32,000 nucleotides of DNA from Streptomyces marincola. Its GTDB lineage: Bacteria; Actinomycetota; Actinomycetes; Streptomycetales; Streptomycetaceae. Shown piece after piece: positions 21,239-32,000 of this stretch. The stretch covers positions 1,449,444-1,481,443 of the forward strand of contig NZ_CP084541.1 of NCBI RefSeq assembly GCF_020410765.1, read 5' to 3'. Position 1 is the first letter of the stretch, and each line of letters starts with the position of its first letter. The notes under the pieces are model-generated. The model was not told where the DNA came from. It saw nothing but the letters and a program-made list of their open reading frames with translations, and did not search any database. The position numbers and the translations under genes were made by a program.

Positions 21239-24200
21239 GTGGCCGATGAGCGAGAACTCCGGGAATACCTCAAGCGGGCCATCGCGGATGCCCGCGAGGT
21301 TCGTGGCCGCCTGCGCGAAATGGAGGACCGCGCGCAGGAACCGATCGCGATCGTGGGAATGGCCTGCCGCTATCCCGGCGGGGTGCGGAACCCGGAAGAC
21401 CTGTGGAACCTCGTCGCCGAGGGTGTCGACGCCGTCAGCGAGTTCCCCACCAACCGCGGCTGGGACCTCGACACCCTCTACGACCCCGACCCGAGCCGGA
21501 CGGGAACGAGCTACACCCGGCACGGCGGCTTCCTCCACGACGCCGACCTCTTCGACCCCGAGTTCTTCGGCATGTCCCGGCGGGAAGCCACGGCGATCGA
21601 CCCGCAGCAGCGCCTTCTCCTCGAAACCGCCTGGGAGGCGCTGGAGGACGCCGGCATCACTCCCGACTCCTTGCAGGGCAGCGACACCGGCGTCTTCACC
21701 GGCCTCATGTACCACGACTACGGCTCGCGCCCCGGCATCCCGGGAGAGGGCAACGAGGGCTACCTCTTCAGCGGCAGCGCGGGCAGCATCGCGGCGGGGC
21801 GGCTCGCCTACACGTACGGCTTCGAGGGGCCGGCCGTCGCCGTCGACACGGCCTGCTCGTCCTCGCTCGTGGCCATGCACATGGCCGCCCAGGCCCTCCG
21901 CTCCGGCGAATGCGGCCTCGCCCTCGCCGGCGGCGCCACCGTCATGGCGACCCCCACCGCCTTCATCGAGTTCTCACGGCAGCGCGGGCTGGCGGCGGAC
22001 GGGCGGTGCAAGTCGTTCTCCGCGTCCGCCGACGGCACCGGCTGGTCGGAGGGTGTCGGCCTGCTTCTCCTGGAACGGCTCTCCGACGCCCGGCGCAACG
22101 GCCACCGCGTGCACGCCCTGATCCGCGGGTCCGCGATCAACCAGGATGGCGCGAGCAACGGCCTGACCGCGCCCAACGGCCCCTCCCAGGAACGCGTCAT
22201 CCGCCAGGCCCTGGCCAACGCCCAGCTCGTCCCCGCCGACATCGACGTGCTGGAGGCGCACGGCACCGGCACGCGACTGGGCGACCCGATCGAGGCCCAG
22301 GCCGTTCTCAACACCTACGGCGCCAACCGCCCCGAGGAACGACCTCTTCAACTGGGGTCGTTGAAGTCCAACATCGGCCACTCCCAGGCCGCGGCCGGCG
22401 TCGGCGGCATGATCAAGATGATCGAGGCGATGCGGCACGGCGTTCTACCGAAGACGCTGCACGTCGACAAGCCGACCGACCACGTCAACTGGGACGCCGG
22501 CGCGGTCGAACTCCTCACCGAGGCACGGACCTGGCCCGACACCGGCCACCCCAAACGCGCCGCGGTCTCCTCCTTCGGCTTCGGTGGGACGAACGCGCAC
22601 GTGATCGTGGAGCAGGCCCCCGAGGAACCCTCCGAAGCCCCCGAGGGCGCGGACGGTGCCGAGGGACCGGAAACGGCCTCCGCGCCCGAGGAACAGAGCG
22701 GCGCCGATTCCGGCTCTGGCTCTGGCTCTGGCTCTGGTGACGACACGGTGGTGTGGCTGCTGTCCGGGAGGACCGAGGAAGCCTTGCGCGCCCAAGCGCG
22801 GCAGTTGGCCGATCACCTCGATGCCCACCCCGACCTCAACGACCGGGCCATCGCCCACACCCTCGCCACCACCCGCACCCACTTCACCCACCGCGCAGCC
22901 ATCCACGCCACCACCCCCGACCTGCTCCGCACCGCACTCCACCACCTCACCCAAGGCACCCCCCACCCCAACCTCACCACCGGCACCACCCACCCCCACC
23001 CCAAAACCGCCTACACCCTCACCGGCCAAGGCTCCCAACACCCCCAAATGGGCCAACAGCTCTACCACACCCACCCCACCTACGCCCACACCATCGACCA
23101 ACTCACCGACCACCTCCAACCCCACCTCCCCCACCCACTCCGCGACATCCTCCACGCCCCACCCCACACCCCCCACGCCCAACTCCTCAACCACACCCAC
23201 ATCACCCAACCCGCCCTCTTCGCCACCCACCTCGCCCTCCACCGGTTGTTAGAGCACCACGACATACGACCCGACTACCTCATCGGCCACTCCCTCGGCG
23301 AACTCACCGCAGCCCACATCGCCGGCGTCCTCACCCTCACCGACGCACTCCACCTCGTCGCACACAGGGGGAGACTGATGCAGGCCGCCCGTCCGGGCGG
23401 CGCGATGGCGGCCGTGCGAGCGACGGAGGAGCAGGTGCGCGCCGCCCTGGCCGACCTTGACCCCGCCACCATCGCCATCGCCGCCGTCAACGGTCCCGAG
23501 AGCGTGGTGGTGTCGGGTGACAGCGACGTGGTCGAAGCGCTGGTCGCGCGCTGGCGGGAGGAGGGCCTGAGGGCCACGCCGCTCACCGTCAGCCACGCCT
23601 TCCACTCCCCCCACATGGACGACGTGCTGGACGAGTTCCGCACCATCGCCGCCGAGGTGACCTACCACCCGCCGACGATCCCGGTGGTCTCCAACGTCAC
23701 CGGCACCCTCGCCACCGAAGAACAACTCACCTCACCCGACTACTGGACCCAGCACATCCGCCAACCCGTCCGCTTCCACCACGGCATCCAAACCCTCAAA
23801 AACCAAGGCGTCACCCACCTCATCGAAATAGGCCCCACCACCCTCGCCACCCACACCACCCCCCACATCCCCACCACCCCCACCCTCCGCACCAACCAAC
23901 CCGAAAACCACACCCTCCACACCACCCTCGCCACCACCCACACCCACGGCACCCCCACCAACCACCACACCACCCCCCACCCCCACACCCCCCTCCCCAC
24001 CTACCCCTTCCAGCGGCAGCGGTTCTGGTTGGAGGAGTCGGCCGGTGCGGGAAACGCGGCAGCGTTCGGACTCGCCGCCACCCAGCACCCCTTCCTCGGC
24101 GTCGGAGTCGAGGTCGCCGGCAACGACGAATACCTCTTCACCGGCCGCCTCTCCCTCACCACCCACCCCTGGCTCACCCACCACACCATCGGCGACACCA

Positions 24201-27200
24201 CCCTCCTCCCCGGCATGGCCATCGCCGAAATGGCCATCACCGCCGGCACCCAAACCAACACCCCCCACCTCGCCGAACTCACCCTCACCACCCCCATCAC
24301 CCTCACCCCCCACACCACCACCCGCATCCAACTCGCCCTCACCGCACCCAACCCCGACGGACACCGCAACCTCCGCATCCACACCACCACCGACCCCCAC
24401 ACCCACCCCGCCACCTGGACCCTCCACGCCCAAGGCACCCTCACCCCCACACCCCCCAACCCCACACCACCCCCCACCACCCACACCACCTGGCCACCCC
24501 CCAACACCCAACCCATCCCCCTCGACAACCTCTACCAACGCCTCACCCACCACGGCTACCACTACGGCCCCACCTTCCAAGCCCTCACCCACCTCTGGCA
24601 AACCCCCCAAGGCGACCTCCACGCCACCCTCCAACTCCCCGACAACACCCCCACCACCGGCTTCCACCTCCACCCCGCACTCCTCGACGCCGCACTCCAC
24701 CCCCTCCTCCCAGAAACCACCAACCCCAACACCCCACCCCGCATCCCCTTCACCCTCACCAACCTCCACCTCACCCCCACCACCACCCCCACCACCCAAC
24801 TCCACCTCCACCTCACCCAACCCACCCCCGACACCGCCACCCTCACCCTCACCACCCCCACCGGCACCACCCTCGCCCACCTCACCAACCTCCAACTCCG
24901 CCCCCTCACCCCCACCACCCCCCACGGCCTCTACCACCTCCAATGGCAACCCGTCACCCCACAGGCAGAGGCAACGAACACATCCGACGGCACGGACGAA
25001 AAGGGAAGCGGAACGGACGGCTGGGCCGTACTCGGTGACCCCGACCTCCTCCCCGACCTCCCCTCACACCCCGACCTCGCCAGCGCCGCCACCAACCCAC
25101 CCCGCGTCCTCATCCTCCCGCTCATCGGCGACACCACCGACGGCGGAAAGATCGATGTCCCCGCTGCGGCGCATGAGGTGCTCATCCGCACCCTCGCGCT
25201 GATCCAGGACTTCCTCACCAACGAACACCTCGCCCACACCCACCTCATCGCCCTCACCCACCACGCCATCGCCACCCACCCCACCGAAGACATCACCGAC
25301 CTCCCCCACGCACCCACCTGGGGACTCCTCCGCACCGCCCAAACCGAAAACCCCCACCGCATCACCCTCCTCGACACCGACACCACCACCCCCCACACCC
25401 TCACCCACACCCTCGCCCTCGCCCACACCACCGACGAACCCCAACTCGCCCACCGCAACAACCAACTCCTCACCCCACGCCTCACCCCCACCACCGAAGC
25501 CACCGACACCGACACCACCGACAGCCCCTACGCCCACGGCACCACCCTCATCACCGGCGCCACCGGAACCCTCGGCACCCTCCTCGCCACCCACCTCGCC
25601 ACCCACCACCACACACCCCACCTCCTCCTCCTCAGCCGAACCGGCCCCAACGCACCCACCGCCCAACAACTCACCAACCTCCAAAACACCACCAACACCA
25701 CCATCACCCTCCTCGCCACCGACACCACCAACCCCCACCAACTCACCCAAGCCCTCAACACCATCCCACCCCAACACCCCCTCACCAACATCATCCACAT
25801 CGCCGGAACCACCGACGACACCCCACTCACCACCCTCACCCCCCAACGCCTCACCACCGTCCTCCAACCCAAAATCAACGCCGCCTGGAACCTCCACCAC
25901 CAAACCCAAAACCACCCCATCCACACCTTCACCCTCTACTCCTCCCTCTCCGGCCTCATCGGCAACGCCGGCCAAGCCAACTACGCCGCCGCCAACACCT
26001 TCCTCGACGCCCTCGCCCACCACCGCCACGCCAACAACCAACCCACCACCTCACTCGCCTGGGGCCTCTGGCAAGAAACCAGCACCATCACCCAAACCCT
26101 CCACACCACCGACCACCAACGCCTCAACCGCACCGGCATCACCCCCCTCACCACCCCCCACGCCCTCACCCTCTTCGACACCGCCCACACCACCCCCCAC
26201 CCCCTCCAAGCCGCCACCACCCTCAACACCACCCACCTCACCCCCCCACCACCCCACACCCCCCACCCTCCGCAACCTCGCACCCAAAACCACCACCCCC
26301 CAACCCACCCACACCACACCCCAACCCACCCAAACCCTCACCCAACAACTCACCCACCTCCCCCCCAACCAACGCCACACCCACCTCACCACCCTCATCC
26401 AAACCCACGCCGCCACCATCCTCGGCCACCCCAACCCCACCACCATCCAACCCAACCGCCCCTTCCAAGAACTCGGATTCGACTCCCTCACCGCCATCGA
26501 ACTCCGCAACCACCTCACCACCACCACCGGCATCCCCCTCCCCCCCACCCTCATCTTCGACCACCCCACCCCCACCACCCTCGCCACCCACCTACTGGAC
26601 GAGATGTTCGGTGACGAGGACGAGGTCGTGGTCGTGGCGCAGGGCACGGGAGACGCCGCGGAGGAGCCGATCGCGATCGTGGGCATGGCCTGCCGCTACC
26701 CCGGCGGGGTCCGGAACCCGGAAGACCTGTGGAACCTCGTCGCCAACGGCATCGACGCCGTCAGCGAGTTCCCCACCAACCGCGGCTGGGACCTCGACAC
26801 CCTCTACAACCCCGACCCCACCCAACCCGGCACCAGCTACACCCGCCACGGCGGCTTCCTCCACGACGCCGACCTCTTCGACCCCGACTTCTTCGGCATG
26901 TCACCCCGCGAAGCCACCGCAACCGACCCCCAACAACGCCTCCTCCTCGAAACCGCCTGGGAAACCCTCGAAAACGCCGGCATCGACCCCACCACACTCC
27001 ACGGCACCGACACCGGCGTCTTCACCGGCCTCATGTACCACGACTACGGAAGCGCGGCCCACCACGTTCCCGAAGCGCTTGAGGGATATGTCGCCGCGGG
27101 CAACGCGGGCAGCGTCGCCTCGGGGCGCATCGCGTACACGCTGGGCCTCGAAGGCCCGGCCGTGACCGTCGACACGGCCTGCTCCTCCTCACTCGTGGCC

Positions 27201-30200
27201 ATGCACATGGCCGCCCAAGCCCTCCGCTCCGGCGAATGCGGCCTCGCCCTCGCCGGCGGCGCCACGGTGCTGTCCACGCCTACGGCCTTCATCGAGTTCT
27301 CGCGGCAACGGGGCCTGTCACCCGACGGCCGGTGCAAGTCGTTCTCCGCGTCCGCCGACGGCACCGGCTGGTCAGAAGGCGTGGGACTCGTCGTCCTCGA
27401 ACGGCTTTCCGACGCCCGGCGCAACGGCCACCCCGTCCTCGCCGTTCTGCGCGGCTCCGCCATCAACCAGGACGGCGCGAGCAACGGCCTCACCGCACCC
27501 AACGGCCCCTCCCAGGAACGCGTCATCCGCCAAGCGCTCGCCAACGCCCGACTCACCCCGGCCGACATCGACGTCCTCGAAGCCCACGGCACCGGCACCA
27601 AACTCGGCGACCCCATCGAGGCCCAGGCCGTCCTCAACACCTACGGCGCCAACCGCCCCGAACAGCAGCCCCTTCACTTGGGGTCGTTGAAGTCCAACAT
27701 CGGCCACTCCCAAGCCGCGGCCGGCGTCGGCGGCGTCATCAAAATGATCCAGGCCATGCGGCACGGCGTTCTGCCGAAGACGCTGCACGTCGACAAGCCG
27801 ACCGACCACGTCAACTGGGACGCCGGCACCGTCGAACTCCTCACCGACACCCGCCCCTGGCCCGACACCGGCCACCCCAAACGCGCCGCCATCTCCTCCT
27901 TCGGCATCAGCGGCACCAACGCCCACCTCATCATCGAACAACCCCCCGCCCAGACCAGCACCAACACCGACGACAACGCCCCGGAGGACGGCGGCGTCGC
28001 CGATGACACGGTGGTGTGGCTGCTGTCCGGGAAGACCGAGGAAGCCTTGCGCGCCCAAGCCAGGCAACTGGCCGACCACCTCGATGCCCACCCCGACCTC
28101 AACGACCGGGCCATCGCCCACACCCTCGCCACCACCCGCACCCACTTCACCCACCGCGCAGCCATCCACGCCACCACCCCCGACCTCCTACGCACCGCAC
28201 TCCACCACCTCACCCAAGGCACCCCCCACCCCAACCTCACCACCGGCACCACCCACCCCCACCCCAAAACCGCCTACACCCTCACCGGCCAAGGCTCCCA
28301 ACACCCCCAAATGGGCCAACAGCTCTACCACACCCACCCCACCTACGCCCACACCATCGACCAACTCACCGACCACCTCCAACCCCACCTCCCCCACCCA
28401 CTCCGCGACATCCTCCACGCCCCACCCCACACCCCTCACGCCCAACTCCTCAACCACACCCACATCACCCAACCCGCCCTCTTCGCCACCCACCTCGCCC
28501 TCCACCGACTACTCGAACACCACGACATACGCCCTGACTACCTCATCGGCCACTCCCTCGGCGAACTCACCGCAGCCCACATCGCCGGCGTCCTCACCCT
28601 CACCGACGCACTCCACCTCGTCGCACACCGAGGACGCCTCATGCAAGCCGCCCGAACCGGCGGCGCCATGGCCGCCGTCCAAGCCACCGAAGAGCAAGTA
28701 CGCGCCGCCCTGGCCGACCACGACCCCGCCACCATCGCCATCGCCGCCATCAACGGCCCCGAAAGCGTCGTGGTGTCGGGTGACAGCGACGTCGTCGAAG
28801 CGCTGGTCGCGCGCTGGCGGGAGCAGGGCCTGCGCGCCACGCCGCTCACCGTCAGCCACGCCTTCCACTCCCCCCATATGGACGACGTGCTGGACGAGTT
28901 CCGCACCATCGCCGCCGAGGTCACCTACCACCCGCCGACGATCCCGGTGGTCTCCAACGTCACCGGCACCCTCGCCACCGAAGAACAACTCACCTCACCC
29001 GACTACTGGACCCAGCACATCCGCCAACCCGTCCGCTTCCACCACGGCATCCAAACCCTCAAAAACCAAGGCGTCACCCACCTCATCGAAATAGGCCCCA
29101 CCACCCTCGCCACCCACACCACCCCCCACATCCCCACCACCCCCACCCTCCGCACCAACCAACCCGAAAACCACACCCTCCACACCACCCTCGCCACCAC
29201 CCACACCCACGGCACCCCCACCAACCACCACACCACCCCCCACCCCCACACCCCCCTCCCCACGTATCCGTTCCAGCGGCAGCGGTTCTGGCTCGAACCG
29301 GCAGTGACCGGAGGCGTGGGCACGGGCTCCGGTGGCGACAGGCACCCGTTGCTCGGTGCCCCGATCCGGCTGGCGGACGGGGACCGCACGGTGTTCACCG
29401 GGCGGGTGTCGTTGCGCAGCCACCCCTGGCTCGCCGACCACACCCTCCACCACACCCCCGTCCTCCCCACCGCCGCACTCATCGACCTCACCCTCCACGC
29501 AGGCGACCAACTCGGCACCCACACCCTCGAACACCTCACCACCCACACCCCCATCACCCTCCCCACCGACAACACCCCACTCCACCTCCAACTCACCATC
29601 CACCCACCCAACCCCACAGGACACCGACCCTTCACCCTCCACACCCGCCCCGACACCACCCACCTCACCCACCACCAATGGACCACCCACGCACAAGGAC
29701 TCCTCGGGCCGTCGGGCGGCGGCACCGCGCCGTTCGCGAACGAGGACGCGGCGGGTGGCGCCTACGAGGTGCCCGAGGACTTGGCCCCCGAGGTCACGCG
29801 CTACGGGGTGCACCCCGCGCTGCTCGACGCCGTGGTCGCGGACGCGGCCCGGCAGGCCGCGCTGCCCGAGGGTTCGTCGCCGTTCGCCGCGCAGTGGCAC
29901 GGCGTGCGGCTGCACGCCACCGGGGCCACCGCGGTGTCGGCCCAGTGGATCGCGGATGAGGGCGCGGACGCGGTGCGGCTGCGCCTGGTCGACGGCGCCG
30001 GGGAGCCGGTGCTCACGGCCGAGCGGGTCGAGTTCCGCGGCGTGCGCGAGGAGGAGGTCGTGCCGGTGGCCGGCACGTCCCGGCCGCCGCTGCTGCGCCT
30101 GGAGTGGGACCCGTTGCCGCTGCCGGAGGGCGGCGCGCAGCCGCTGGACCTGGCGCTGCTCGGGGAGGGCCCGGACGGGGCGGGACCGCGGTTCGACGGG

Positions 30201-32000
30201 GTGCCCGAGCTGGCCGACTTCGTCGGTTCCGGCGCGTCCGTCGGCGCCGTTCTGATGGCGGCCGGTCCCGCCGGGGCCGGTGAAGGACCGGCGGAGAACC
30301 CGGTGCGGGCCGCGCACGACAGCGCGGGACAGGTGCTTGAACGGGTGCGCGCGTGGCTCGCGGACGAACGGCTCGCCGAGACGCGCCTGGTGGTGACGAC
30401 GCGCGGCGCCGTCGCGGCCTCGGCCGGCGAGGACGTGCCCGCGCTGGGCGGCGCCGCCGTGTGGGGTCTGCTGCGTTCGGTGCAGGCCGAGGTGCCCGGC
30501 CGGGTCGTCCTGATCGACCACGACGCGCCGACGCCTCCGCTCGACGTGATCGCCGCCGTCGTGGCCTCGGGCGAGCCGCAGGCCGCGATCCGGAACAGGG
30601 AGGTGCACGTGCCACGGCTGAGGCGGTCGCCGGAGGAGCCGGCCGGACGCGCGGAGCCGGCTGCCGTTCCGCTGGCGGAGGGCACGGTCCTGGTGACCGG
30701 GGGAACGGGCGCCCTGGGGGCCCTGGTGAGCCGGCATCTCGTGACCACGCACGGTGTGCGGCACCTGCTGCTGCTCGGCCGTCGCGGCCCTGAGGCGCCC
30801 GGCGCCGGTGAACTGGTCGAGGAACTGCGCGGGTTGGGCGCGGAGGTCGCCGTTGTCGCGTGTGACGTGTCGCGCCGGGAGGAGCTGGCGGCTGTTCTCG
30901 ACGCGATCCCGGCCGATCAGCCGCTGACCGGGGTCGTGCACGCCGCTGGTGTGCTGGACAACGGGCTGGTGTCGTCGCTGTCGCGCGAGCAGGTGGCCGC
31001 GGTGCTGCGGCCGAAGGCGGACGCGGCGTGGCACCTGCACGAGCTGACCAGGGACCGGGAGCTGGCGGCGTTCGTCCTGTTCTCCTCAAGCGTCGGCGTG
31101 ATCGGCGGCCCCGGGCAGGCCAACTACGCGGCGGCGAACGCGTTCCTCGACGCCCTGGCCGCGCACCGCGCGGCGCACGGCCTGCCGGCCACGGCCGTCG
31201 CGTGGGGCCTGTGGGACCTGGGCGGCGTGGGGCTCAACGCCGGGCTCGGGGAGAACGACCTGCTCAGGTACCGGAGGGAGGGCTTCAGGGCCGTGGCACC
31301 CGAGCAGGGCGCGGCGCTGCTCGACGCGGCGCTCGCGCAAGGGCATCCGCAGCTGGTGGCGCTGCCGGTGGACGCGGCGGCGATGCGGGCGCACGGCCGC
31401 GTGCCGCACGTGTTGACCGGGCTGGTCGGTGGCAGGTTCCGGCCGGCCGCGCGGTCCGGCGCGGGCGAGAGCGACACGCCGGCCACCCGGCTGGCGGCCC
31501 TCCCGGATGAGGAACGGCGCCCGGCGTTGCTGCGGATCGTTTCGTCGGAGGTGGCGACGGTCCTCGGGCACACGAACACGGATCTGGTGACGGCCGAGCG
31601 CAGCTTCATGGAGCTGGGCTTCGACTCGATGACCGCCGTCGAGTTGCGGAACCGGCTGAGCGGCGCGATCGACGGCCAGCTGCCCGCGACCGTGGTCTTC
31701 GACCACCCGACGCCCGCGGCGCTCACCGAGTTCCTGATGTCGCTGACCGGGGGGTCGAGCGAGCGCGGTGTGCTGGCCGAGCTGGACGCGTTGGAGTCGG
31801 CGCTGTCGGGAGTGGCCGCCGACGACGAGCGGACGCGCGACGCGGTGGCCGCCCGGCTCCAGGTGCTGCTGTCGCGGCTCAACGGGGCCGGCGGCGACGC
31901 GGCCGAGGAGGAGGCCAAGGTCGCGGAGACGCTGGGGTCGGCCTCGGCCTCGGAGATCTTCGACTTCATCGACACGCAGCTCGGCCGTTCAGCGAACTGA
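21239..32000 (+). CDS. Type I modular polyketide synthase gene B: N-terminal docking + two modules (KS-AT-DH-KR-ACP; KS-AT-DH*-KR-ACP) + C-terminal docking; interrupted by one apparent 1-nt insertion at 26241-26247
   Basis: GTG at 21239 preceded by GGGGAG. N-terminus '[35 protein letters not shown]' is a typical docking helix. ORF 21239-26614 continues in the +1 frame as ORF 26604-32000. Stop TGA ends exactly at base 32000. Confidence 0.9.
21340..22617 (+). other. KS domain, module 3
   Basis: '[16 protein letters not shown]', '[16 protein letters not shown]', '[12 protein letters not shown]', 'SNIGHSQ'. Confidence 0.95.
22712..22735 (+). repeat. In-frame hexanucleotide repeat (GGCTCT)4 in KS-AT linker, module 3
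   Basis: Four exact tandem GGCTCT copies, encoding GSGSGSGS; a degenerate version (GGCTCTGGTGCCGGTTCT) lies at 8470-8487. Confidence 0.88.
22742..24000 (+). repeat. Skewed repeat unit (AT block), copy 2 of 3, with an internal patch resembling the module 2 AT
   Basis: Ends align with 8494-9752. The central patch 23381-23717 instead matches 17641-17977. Confidence 0.85.
23009..23920 (+). other. AT domain, module 3, malonyl-type
   Basis: '[13 protein letters not shown]', 'GHSLGE', '[10 protein letters not shown]'. In-frame TTA codon at 23249-23251. Confidence 0.9.
24086..24950 (+). other. DH domain, module 3 (HxxxDxxxxP variant, near-identical to module 2 DH)
   Basis: '[12 protein letters not shown]', '[11 protein letters not shown]', '[10 protein letters not shown]'. 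Confidence 0.85.
25538..26170 (+). other. KR domain, module 3, B-type-like signature
   Basis: 'TGATGTLG', '[11 protein letters not shown]', 'YSSLSG', 'ANYAAAN'. Confidence 0.86.
26395..26599 (+). other. ACP domain, module 3 (read in the post-frameshift frame)
   Basis: Nucleotides match the module 2 ACP; in the frame of ORF 26604-32000 they encode '[35 protein letters not shown]'. Confidence 0.8.
26661..27025 (+). repeat. KS N-terminal skewed block, copy 2 of 2
   Basis: See 15628-15992. Confidence 0.82.
26664..27950 (+). other. KS domain, module 4
   Basis: '[23 protein letters not shown]', '[16 protein letters not shown]', '[12 protein letters not shown]', 'SNIGHSQ'. Confidence 0.95.
28002..29263 (+). 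repeat. Skewed repeat unit (AT block), copy 3 of 3
   Basis: Aligns with 8491-9752 at constant offset 19511 at both ends. Confidence 0.88.
28270..29170 (+). other. AT domain, module 4, malonyl-type
   Basis: '[13 protein letters not shown]', 'GHSLGE', '[10 protein letters not shown]'. Confidence 0.9.
29343..30060 (+). other. Degenerate, probably inactive DH domain, module 4
   Basis: '[23 protein letters not shown]' lacks the Gly of HxxxGxxxxP. The YGPxF motif region is absent. '[13 protein letters not shown]' lacks the usual Q/H of DxxxQ/H. Confidence 0.72.
30681..31370 (+). other. KR domain, module 4
   Basis: 'TGGTGALG', '[11 protein letters not shown]' (LDN, not LDD), '[21 protein letters not shown]'. 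Confidence 0.85.
31545..31745 (+). other. ACP domain, module 4
   Basis: '[37 protein letters not shown]'. Confidence 0.88.
31768..31997 (+). other. C-terminal docking domain of gene B
   Basis: '[39 protein letters not shown]...[15 protein letters not shown]', no thioesterase. Confidence 0.75.

Larger units (their letters stand above)
24008..26596 (+). repeat. Skewed DH-KR-ACP repeat, copy 2 of 2
   Basis: Near-identical to 18292-20946, e.g. 'GGCACCACCCTCATCACCGGCGCCACCGGAACCCTCGGCACC' in both. Confidence 0.9.

Noticed and set aside
26604-32000. Treating ORF 26604-32000 as an independent gene starting with ATG at 26604
   Set aside because: The preceding sequence in the same frame encodes the ACP of module 3, there is no intergenic gap or N-terminal docking helix, and the frame break maps to the C7 tract at 26241-26247.
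31760-32000. Thioesterase or end of the assembly line at the end of gene B
   Set aside because: The C-terminus is a short docking-like region after the ACP with no GxSxG hydrolase domain, so more PKS genes are expected beyond the window.

Overview
The window looks like part of a high-GC actinomycete (Streptomyces-like) type I modular polyketide cluster. The first ~7 kb encodes the C-terminal part of an AfsR/SARP/LAL-type regulator (+), then SDR, F420/deazaflavin-dependent nitroreductase-like and FAD monooxygenase genes (-), a flavin amine oxidase-like gene (+) and a SnoaL/NTF2-like gene (-). The remaining ~25 kb holds two very large PKS genes. Gene A (7102-21184) is read as KSQ-AT-ACP | KS-AT-DH-KR-ACP | KS-AT-DH-KR-ACP-docking. 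Gene B (21239-32000) is read as docking-KS-AT-DH-KR-ACP | KS-AT-DH*-KR-ACP-docking. Each gene is broken in the ORF track by one apparent +1-nt insertion in a C homopolymer, C5 at 19021-19025 and C7 at 26241-26247. The paralogous copy has one C fewer at each site. All five ATs carry HAFH (malonyl-type) motifs. The most striking structure is a set of strongly C-over-G skewed, near-identical blocks shared between modules. They match the published description of GRINS (genetic repeats of intense nucleotide skews). They include a ~2.6 kb DH-KR-ACP duplication, a 1262-bp AT block shared without net indel by the loading module and module 4, and a mosaic module 3 AT. The module 4 DH appears decayed, with a change at a skew/non-skew junction. 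In-frame TTA codons are present in the FAD monooxygenase gene and in PKS gene B. I see no thioesterase, RNA gene, CRISPR array or transposase. I do not see a wholly new system; the interest lies in recombination architecture, assembly/frameshift questions and regulation.
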